Shown piece after piece: positions 54,093 to 64,000 of a stretch of DNA of 64,000 nucleotides (position 1 is the first letter of the stretch; each line of letters starts with the position of its first letter). A program made the translations under genes and the position numbers. The stretch covers positions 38,564,001-38,628,000 of the forward strand of contig OX597838.1 in the NCBI GenBank assembly GCA_951406725.2, written 5' to 3'. The notes beneath the pieces were generated by a model. The model saw nothing but the letters and a program-made list of their open reading frames with translations. It did not search any database and was not told the DNA's origin. This stretch comes from Octopus vulgaris. Lineage: Eukaryota.

Positions 54093-55019
54093 CATATATA
54101 TATACATATATATATATGTGTGTGTGTGTATGTGCGTGTAATATATACATATAGTTTATATGTACATATGTCTGCATATACAAAATATATGTATACATAT
54201 ATGTATATGTATATATATATATGCATATATATATAGATATATATATATATACACACAGACACATGAGTGTGTGTATGTTTGTGTATATATATATATACAC
54301 ACATATGAGTGTGTGTATGTTTGTGAGTGAGAATATTTTTGTGTGTTTATGTGTGTGTGTCTTTATGTAGCTCTGTGTGTTTGACACTGGAATTTTTCTT
54401 TGAATTTCCTTGGAACACTTTCGAAATATCGGTTTAAAGACTAAGAAAAGAGAAACGATATACAATACAGTTTGTGATATATAAAATTATATAAATGTGT
54501 CTGCGCACGCGCGCGCGCGCGTGTGTGTCGTTATACATGCCCATATATGTAATATATTTATCCACAAACATTTCAACACATATACAGGCGCGCGTACACA
54601 CACACACTCACACACTCAGTCTCACACACATGTACATACGCAACAGGCGTAGACATTTTTTTTCTCTTCTTAAAACGCTTGACTTAGCAATCAAAGGCTC
54701 TGGTGGTGTTAATGACAGCCTAACAAAGTGTCACCGCCATAGATATGTATGTTTGTGTGTGTGCATGTGTGTGTGTGGGGGTCTGTGTGTGTGTGTGCGC
54801 GTGCATATGCGTAAGTACGTCTGTGTGAGTTTGTGTGTGTGCGTGTATATATATGCATGTGTCTAATAGCATGTATATATACACAAGTAGTATACGTGTA
54901 TGTTCTTTGCATATGTACTTATATATATATATATATATGTATATATATACATATATATATATGTATATAGATATAGATGTATATATATATATATATACAC
55001 ATATATATATATATGTATG

Positions 55020-55127
<108 letters not shown>

Positions 55128-55553
55128 CCTGGATATGTATCTCTATGTATATATGTAAAGCAAGCACACAATATATATGATGTATTGCATACATCTTTGT
55201 GTGTGCGTGTATATATATATATATATATATATATAATGCATATATACATATATATATTTAAATATTTGCATACAAGAGTGTGTGTGCACCTGTGTGCGTG
55301 TGTATGTGTGTGTGTGTGTGTATCGATCTCTCCACCTGAAGAACTATTTACAGATCAATCTATAGTATAAAGTTTATTGCATTACTCTTCTTACACCTCC
55401 TCCGCCCCCTCTCTCTCTCTCTCTCTCTCTCTTCGCCAGACAGATATCTTTAGTCAGACTTCACAGAATCTATTGCATCGCTTTTCGTCTCACACAATAC
55501 ATATGGATATTATTTCCTCACGTTCTTTCGGTCAAATGCATACATACATACAT

Positions 55554-55598
<45 letters not shown>

Positions 55599-56014
55599 TG
55601 TATGTATATATATATATATGTGTGTGTTTGTGTCTTTGTATGAATGGAAATCTTTGTAATTGTGTTTGTGCCACTTTATCTGTATATCTATCAACCTGTA
55701 TAGGTATGACCGTCCAAATGGTAGGTAGAGAGATAGACAGAGAGGCAGAGGGAGAAATAGAGGGACAGACACGGACGGACAGATAGATAGATAGATACAT
55801 ACATACATACATACATACATACATACATACACACACATACATAATTACATACGTACATACATGCATACATGCATACAGACAAAAAATCAGACAGACAGAC
55901 AGACAGACAGAGAAATGGACGGACAGACACGGAATGACAGATGGACGGACAGATAGATAGATACGTACATATATACATACATAGACAGACAGAGAGACAG
56001 TTAGATAGCTAGCT

Positions 56015-56049
<35 letters not shown>

Positions 56050-56053
<4 letters not shown>

Positions 56054-56917
56054 CAGGGAATTATGCAAGTAATTCTTTTGTTAAGACCGAAACCGAGGTA
56101 TGCATTTAAGTCTGTTATTTATTTAATTTTTCATATGTCCTGCCCGCCAAAGTTGGTTCTGGTGTTCGCTGAATTCTTCCTCTAGAGAATTTCCCTTGTA
56201 GTTTGATCGTTGATGATCTTCTTCTAGCATTCTGGCCGGCTACCTAGCAGGCCAGCCCTGCCAATATACACATATATTTGAATTTTCTCTGACTCCTCAG
56301 ATTTTTTGAATGCTGGACTACTGGTTTTAAATTGATATTAAAATTAATATTAATTTATCTCCCTCAATTTTTAAATATTTAAATAAATACGTTCCCTAGT
56401 TGTAAGCACTATCCGCAGTGAATTATTCACTGCAGCCCTTCGCTTCAGGAGTCTCTCAGCGCGCCAGAGCCAAGACGTTTGAAATTTTATTCCCGATGTA
56501 ATCAGTAAGACTAAGCACGTGTCTGTCTTGACACAGAGAGCTGGGGTTAGTCTTGCGGTTTGCATCTCGAGGACCGAATGTACTGAAGAAGTCACGGACA
56601 CTTGAATTATGCAAGTAATTCTTTTGTTAAGATCGAAACCGAGGTATGCATTTAAGTTTGTTATTTATTTAATTTTTCATATGTCCTGCCCGCCAAAGTT
56701 GGTTCTGGTGTTCGCTGAATTCTTCCTCTAGAGAATTTCCCTTGTAGTTTGATCGTTGATGATCTTCTTCTAGCATTCTGGCCGGCTACCTAGCAGGCCA
56801 GCCCTGCCAATATACACATATATATGAATTTTCTCTGACTCTTCAGATTTTTTGAATGCTGGACTACTGGTTTTAAATTGATATTAAAATTAATATTAAT
56901 TTATCTCCCTCAATTTT

Positions 56918-56918
<1 letters not shown>
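56050..56918 (+). mobile_element. Retrozyme/pLTR-like element: 546-nt monomer in 1.6x tandem with hammerhead and short 5' inversion
   Basis: 56058-56372 resembles 56604-56918. The 5' tatattggcaggg is the rc of internal ccctgccaatata. (TA)n on both sides. Confidence 0.9.
56577..56652 (+). ncRNA. Type I hammerhead ribozyme
   Basis: aatgta-CTGAAGA-agtc..gatc-GAAAC-cgag-GTA-tgcatt. The 3' half is repeated at ~56085-56106. Confidence 0.8.
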
Positions 56919-56982
<64 letters not shown>

Positions 56983-56985
<3 letters not shown>

Positions 56986-57378
56986 TGGCTGTGTGGTAAG
57001 TAGCTTGCTAACCGACCACATGTTTCCGGGTTCAGTCCCACTGCGTGGCATCTTGGGCGAGTGTCTTCTGCTATAGCCCCGGGCCGACCAATGCCTTGTG
57101 AGTGGATTTGGTAGACGGAAACTGAAAGAAGCCTGTCGTATGTATATATATATATATGTGTGTGTATGTGTGTGTGTTTGTGTGTCTGTGTTTGTCCCCC
57201 TAGCATTGCTTGACAACCGATGCTAGTGTGTTTACGTCCCCGTCACTTAGCGGTTCGGCAAAAGAGACCGATAGAATAAGTACTGGGCTTACAAAGAATA
57301 AGTCCCTGGGTCGAGTTGCTCGACTAAAGGCGGTGCTCCAGCATGGTCGCAGTCAAATGACTGAAACAAGTAAAGAGA
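56983..57378 (+). mobile_element. SINE family A, full length
   Basis: gagtggctgtgtggtaagtagcttgc..gggttcagtccc..gcagtcaaatgactgaaacaagtaaagag. Confidence 0.9.
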
Positions 57379-57452
57379 GATAGATAAATAGATAGATACA
57401 TACATACATACATTTATACATACATACATACATACATACATACATACATACA

Positions 57453-57483
<31 letters not shown>

Positions 57484-57509
57484 GTAGACATATATTCAGA
57501 TAGGCAGAC

Positions 57510-57696
<187 letters not shown>

Positions 57697-57990
57697 CTGG
57701 AATACTGTAGGGGAATATCATGGTTGCATTTATAAAAAGTTATAAATAAATATGATTGTAGAAAGCAGGGCTGGTTTTAGGTCATCAAATATGGAGAACA
57801 AAATATCAAAAAGCGGGAGGATATCAGATAAGATATAGAAAGTGTATAATACGAACAACAACAATATTAATAATGATAATATAGTGAGAACTATATCGGC
57901 GATAATAATGATAATAGTATTTATAGTAATAGTAATGATGATAATGATGATGATGATAATAATAACAACAACAACAACAACAACAACAAC

Positions 57991-58036
<46 letters not shown>

Positions 58037-58057
58037 GTAATGATAATAATGGTAATG

Positions 58058-58111
<54 letters not shown>

Positions 58112-58132
58112 GTAATGATAATAATGGTAATG

Positions 58133-58168
<36 letters not shown>

Positions 58169-58189
58169 GTAATGATAATAATGGTAATG

Positions 58190-58327
<138 letters not shown>

Positions 58328-58350
58328 TGGTAATGATAATAATGGTAATG

Positions 58351-58410
<60 letters not shown>

Positions 58411-58489
58411 GTAATGATAATAATGGTAATGATAATAATAATAATAATGATAATAATAAAATAATAATAATAATAATAATAATAATAAT

Positions 58490-59001
58490 CAAGCAAATCT
58501 GTGGTATTGAGCAGAATATTTGCTGTAGCCCATATAAAAGATGGGCTACAGCAAATATTCTGCTCAATACCACAGATTTGCTTGTCAGTTGTTTGTCCTT
58601 AACCAGTTGAGCATGTCCCTTAGTGGCTGACGATATGTGCATCTCTGATCACGAGCAGAAGTAGTGTGGGAGCATCATAGCCATGTGTTGAGAGGGATTC
58701 TTTGGGGTTTGAATAATTCACCTCTGGAAACATGGGTGGTTCTTTCAACATCCTTAAACAACCCTTATTCAGGGACCTTTTGAGCGGGATGGGCTACTCA
58801 ACCTGAAGAAAATTCTAACTGGGCCCCACCTGCAAGGTCATGTGCTGTTTATCTTGATATGAGATCACCATGTCGCGCACATATGGTTGTAATGCATGTG
58901 CCTGGTTTACCCTTATCAGACGGGTAGTCATGATGGGTATATTGGGCTTCGTATATTTTACCCCAGTGTCACTTTGATGGCATGCACTGCTCTCTCACTC
59001 A
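58490..59001 (+). mobile_element. Family X element, truncated with a 44-bp inversion at the truncated end
   Basis: Arms 58490-58533 and 58541-58584 are perfect reverse complements. The remainder is the rc of 34741-35215. Confidence 0.9.
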
Positions 59002-59032
59002 ATAATAATAATAATAATAATAATAATGATAA

Positions 59033-59581
59033 TATGCAATACCAGTCATTGTCTCTCATGGCATCTGATCTTTTCGATTGGAAGTGTTATCATGTACATA
59101 TTCTGTCATTGTATAAAAGGTGGACTACAGCAAATATTCTGCCGAATACATCAAATTTGCTCGTCACTTGCTTGACCTTAACCAGTAGAGCATGTCCCTT
59201 GGTCGCTGACAATATGTGCACCTCTGATCACGAGCAAGAGTAGTGGGGCGTGGGGGAAAACATATTAGCCATGTGTTGAGATGGAAGTGCTGGTTTTTGA
59301 ATGATTCCTCCCTGGAAACAACGATGTGTCGTTCTTCATCCATAACCGTTATTCAGGGTTAAGGATGATCTTTTGAGCGGGATAAGCTACTTGGTCAGAA
59401 ACAAATTCTTACTGGACACCACGTGCTGTTTATCTTGATATGAGGTCACCATGTGACGCACGTGTATTTGTGATCCATGTACCCGGTGTACCCCCGTCAG
59501 ACGGGGTAGGCATAGTGGTTATATTAGGCTTCGTATAGTTGCAACCCCAGCGTCACTTTGATGGCATGCACTGTTCTCTCA
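59033..59581 (+). mobile_element. Family X element, older diverged copy in tandem
   Basis: Colinear with the rc of 34741-35290. Separated from the previous copy by (AAT)n. Confidence 0.85.
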
Positions 59582-59613
59582 ATAGTAGTAGTAGTAGTAG
59601 TAGTAGTAGTGTT

Positions 59614-59704
<91 letters not shown>

Positions 59705-59872
59705 AGAAGAAGAAGAACAACAACAACAAGGAGAGGAGAAGAAGAAGAAGAAGAAGAAGAAGAAGAAGAAGAAAAAGAAGAAGAGGAAGAAAGACGACGA
59801 CGATGATGATGATATTAATAATAATAATGATAATAATAATAATAATAATGATTAATAATAATAATAATAATG

Positions 59873-59976
<104 letters not shown>

Positions 59977-60642
59977 TCAAGGATATCAGAATATGAGAAA
60001 TGAATAATGTAGTGAAAATGTCAGAAATGGGAACAGGGAGTGAATTATTTAAGCGGGAAGGAATGAAGGAGTGAACAATAGAAGGAAATAAATAGAAGGA
60101 AAAGAAAAAGGAAGTAAAGAAATAAAGGAATAGGAAATGAAAGGTCGAATGAAAGAGGAATAGGATGACAGAAAAGAAGAAAGGAAGAGAGAAAGAAGGG
60201 AGGGAAAGGGAAAGAAAAAAGAAATGAAAAAAGATAAAAGAAAGAAAGACCAGAAAGAAGGAAGACAGACAGGAAAAAGTAAGAGAAGGAAATATAAAGA
60301 AGAGTGACAGAGAAGAAGGAAGGGAAAAGAAAGAAAGGAACGAAGGAAACTAAAGTACAAGATATGCAAAATGGCCGCTTTCTTTAAATAAGTAACGATG
60401 ATAGAAGTCAAGTTATTTATAGCACACCACAACGAGGGAAAGAAAGAAAGAAAGAAGGAAGGAAAGGGGGAAAGAAGGAAAGAAAGAAAGAAAGGAAAGC
60501 GAAAGCAGGCATAAAAGGAAGGAAGGAAATGAGACAAAAGTGAGTGAAGCTCAAGGTAAGCAAAACGATCGCTTTTTCTTTTTTTTTAAGTAGAATTGAA
60601 ACAGAACTGACGCTATTTAAAGCACACCTCAAGAAACAACGA

Positions 60643-60689
<47 letters not shown>

Positions 60690-60857
60690 GAAGAAAGAAA
60701 GAAAGGAAGAAAGAAACGGAATGGAACGAAACGAAACGAAAGAAAAGAAGGAGCAGCCTAAGCAAAATGGCCGCTTTCACTTAAGAAGCGCCATGGCATC
60801 ACTCGTGCTATTTAAAGAACACCGCATGTGAGAAGGCAGGAAGGAAGGAAAGAAGGA

Positions 60858-60902
<45 letters not shown>

Positions 60903-61469
60903 GGTGGAAAGAAGGGGGTAATCTCCAGTTCAACTTGCGTAAAGGTTGAATCTAATTCCATTTTTCGAATGCTGAGTGGTTTTTTTGTTGTTGTTTTTGT
61001 TGTTTTTTATTTCGTTAGGATATGATAGACCATCGCTGAGACCAGAAGCTGTGAAGCTAAAAGAGGTAAAAAAAGGAAGAAAAAAAAACAAAACAAAACA
61101 AATAATAATAATCAGAAATAAATGAAAAAAATTTTAACAAACTAGTCTACGTAGTACGTCATGCTAATTTTCTCTTCCTGTTGAAACGAAAAGTAACAAT
61201 GAGATAATTTCGTATCGAAAAATCTCATATCTCATTGACCGATAAAAATAACAACGACAACGATGATGATGATGATGATGATGATGAGGAGGAGGAGGAG
61301 GAGGAGGAGGAGGAGGAAGTTAATAATAATAATAATAACACTTAGTAATAATAATAATAGTAATAATAATGATAATAACACTAGCAACAACAACCTTGTT
61401 CGTTTTATTCGCCGCAAGGGAACTTAAAGAAAGGTACATTAACAAGAAACGAAAGATACAAAGTAGAAC

Positions 61470-61533
<64 letters not shown>

Positions 61534-62028
61534 GCTACTGCTTTTGATTAGCTTCAGGTTTAACTCTGATTGATCTGACCTATAATGAAAGAGCACTCCA
61601 GCAGTGACCATCCAATTCATTTTTGTGATTTGATTTTTTTTTTAATTTTTTGTCAGATATATGAGTAGGATGAATTTTATATTGTTCAATATATCCTTCC
61701 CTTTAAAAAAAAAAAACAAAATAACAATCGGTAGCGATTTCAAAGATCTAAGATGATTTGACTGCTATTTCTAACATGTAAAGTGAACCGCTTAGAACCG
61801 AGCTTCACAGCCTAAAGTGTGAGATAGCATCTGAGGAGATGTCACAAAAGAGAGAAAGTATACGTTTTATTAAAATCGCTTCTCGGAACAAAATAATCAA
61901 TTTACAGTCGTGGCCAAAAGTTTGGAATATTGTTTTAGAAATTAAAATTATAATGCCCCAGTGCAATTATATACAACGAAGAGTTATAGTTACCTAATAT
62001 CCGATCCAATGGTCAGTTATATATTAAA

Positions 62029-62426
62029 CTAGCAGTATCGCCCGGCGTTGCTCGGGTTTGTAAGGGAAATAACTATATAAGCATTTTTAGAGATGTAAAT
62101 TATAATAGCCATCTCAATATCGCTAACCACAAAGGAAGGGGTGTTACTGTAGCTTTTTACGTTCTGAGATTTAATAATAAACTTTTAGAGAGTTACTTCC
62201 CTTATATATGCCAAAAATGCATTAAAAAATGGGAAAAATTGATGGTAAATTTTTTTTTTAATCGTAGACTCATCGTAGACGCGCGCTAATACCCAGAAGG
62301 GCTCGATATGAATCACGACTATAAGATACCCGGTTTTGGTTAAACTGCACCGCAAAATGTGGGAGTAGTTAGGAATCTAAATCGTAGGAGACAGACAGCA
62401 CACAACCTCTCTTTTATATATAAAGA
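62029..62426 (-). mobile_element. Non-autonomous Helitron with different internal cargo
   Basis: rc reads A|TCTTTATATATAAAAG ... cccgagcaacgccgggcgatactgCTAG|T. Confidence 0.9.
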
Positions 62427-64000
62427 TATAACTTTGGGAATTTAATATAAAAATTCTAATTTTCAGACCCATGATGAAGGCAAAGTCGCTCACGGCGTAA
62501 TTTGAACTCAGAACGTAGAGACAGACGAAATGTAGTTATCGGCCTTCACAGTATTTTAAGATGAAGCGTACAATATTAAAAACTTACAATCTTAAATAAT
62601 ATGCACAACATTATACTGTAGTTAGCATGTCAGAGAAAAGCAGCGAGCTGGCAGAATCAGTGGAGCATCGGACAAAAGGCTTAGCGGCATTTGTTCAAAT
62701 ACCGCCGAGGTCAACTTATGGTCGATAAAATAAGCAAGAGTGAAGGACTAAGATTGATATAATCGACTAAAATTTCTGGCCTTGAGCTAAAATTTGAAAT
62801 AGAGCAAGGAGCTGGCAAAAGCGTTAGTGCACAGCACAAAATGCTTAGCGGCATTTCTTTTCACTTTATGAGCTTGGGTTAAAATTCCGCTGAGGTCGAC
62901 TTTGCTTTGCCTCTTTTCAGGATCGATAAAGTAACCATCAGTCGAGCACTGCGGCTGATATAATCGAGTAGCCTTCCCCTCCAAAATTTCATGCCCTGTT
63001 CAAAGAGTGGTAAGAATATAACATGTTAAAGAAGATGGCCGGATTCGTTATGCCTCGGAAGGACCCTAGAGAGTACTAAGTCCCACATCATTATTAATCG
63101 TATTTTGTACAAATTACCTGCAAAATTTGGGGGTTCTTTCTCTCGTTGATTTGTGTCAGTGTATCACACGATTTGGCCCAGTTGCAAACAGCATGTTAGA
63201 CACATTATTTTATAGCTACATCTATGTTTCTCTTCTTTTTAATCTAACCGCTAAGTCACTGTAATTCCTTAGTACAACGCTGTAATCATTTGACATTGCT
63301 CTGTCGATATTTAATACATTATTGCTATTGGTGTCAGAGAAGATAACGTCAAGTTTATTATATGATATCTGCTGGTTTGTCTATTTGTTAGAATTCCATA
63401 TTTTCACATTGTCGTTTTCTAATTAAATGCGGATTCATATGAATACTACAGAGCTTTTTTTTTCTTGGAGCAGTTGAAATTGGATGGCTTTGTTACATTA
63501 TAGGTTTGACGCGTCTCCGTGTATATATTATGTTGAAGCCAAGGCATAATAACTTGATACAATGTCGAGATACGATGTGCTTCAGAAAATACATCACGCA
63601 GTTGACATTTGTTGACTACAACACAGGATTTGCAGATAATACTTTCAACATATTTAGTGGTGATAATCTGCTCTTATACTATGACTAGAGTTATTACTGT
63701 GACCCCGGCAAGGAATTAAAAATTGCAATGAGGTATCAAAAAACGACAAGAACAAATTACTTATGATTTTTTTAATTTCCTACGCACTTACAGAAAAATA
63801 TACCTCTTCCGATATTATTGGTAAGATAATAATAATAATAGTATATTATACAACATGAAATGTTTGAATACAAGTTTGAAGAAGGACAGAATTCAACTTG
63901 AAATATAACGTGTCTTAGTTTTGAACTTCAACCAATTCAAATTATACGTGAATATGTTTGTGAGACTGGACAAAGATATTTTCGTGTTTCACAAAATCAA

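Noticed and set aside
61903-61930. Tc1-like TIR (TA-CAGTCGTGGCCAAAAGTTT)
   Set aside because: No matching second TIR or transposase was found in the window; orphan end only.

Overview
AT-rich, microsatellite-saturated eukaryotic non-coding DNA. The SINE families and repeat content look like an octopus/cephalopod genome (inference). I found no credible host protein-coding exon, and nearly all listed ORFs are microsatellite artefacts. Real coding remnants: (i) two Penelope-like retroelements (PLE; RT + GIY-YIG), one decayed at 1-979 and one nearly intact at 7175-8797 with a single homopolymer frameshift; (ii) several R4/Dong-type non-LTR 3' fragments sitting in (TAA)n; (iii) the 3' end of another LINE carrying a 142-bp tandem amplification. 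The rest is tRNA-derived SINEs, two non-autonomous Helitrons and MITEs. The main signal is a swarm of short, mutually divergent, non-coding elements embedded in (TA)n tracts. They carry type-I hammerhead ribozymes with (near-)palindromic stem III: about 10 well-formed and about 8 degenerate motifs, found by eye. They show PLE-style inverted and partial-tandem architecture and share additional conserved structured motifs, one with compensatory base changes. Different microsatellite types appear to host different element classes: (TA)n, (TAA)n and (TACA)n.
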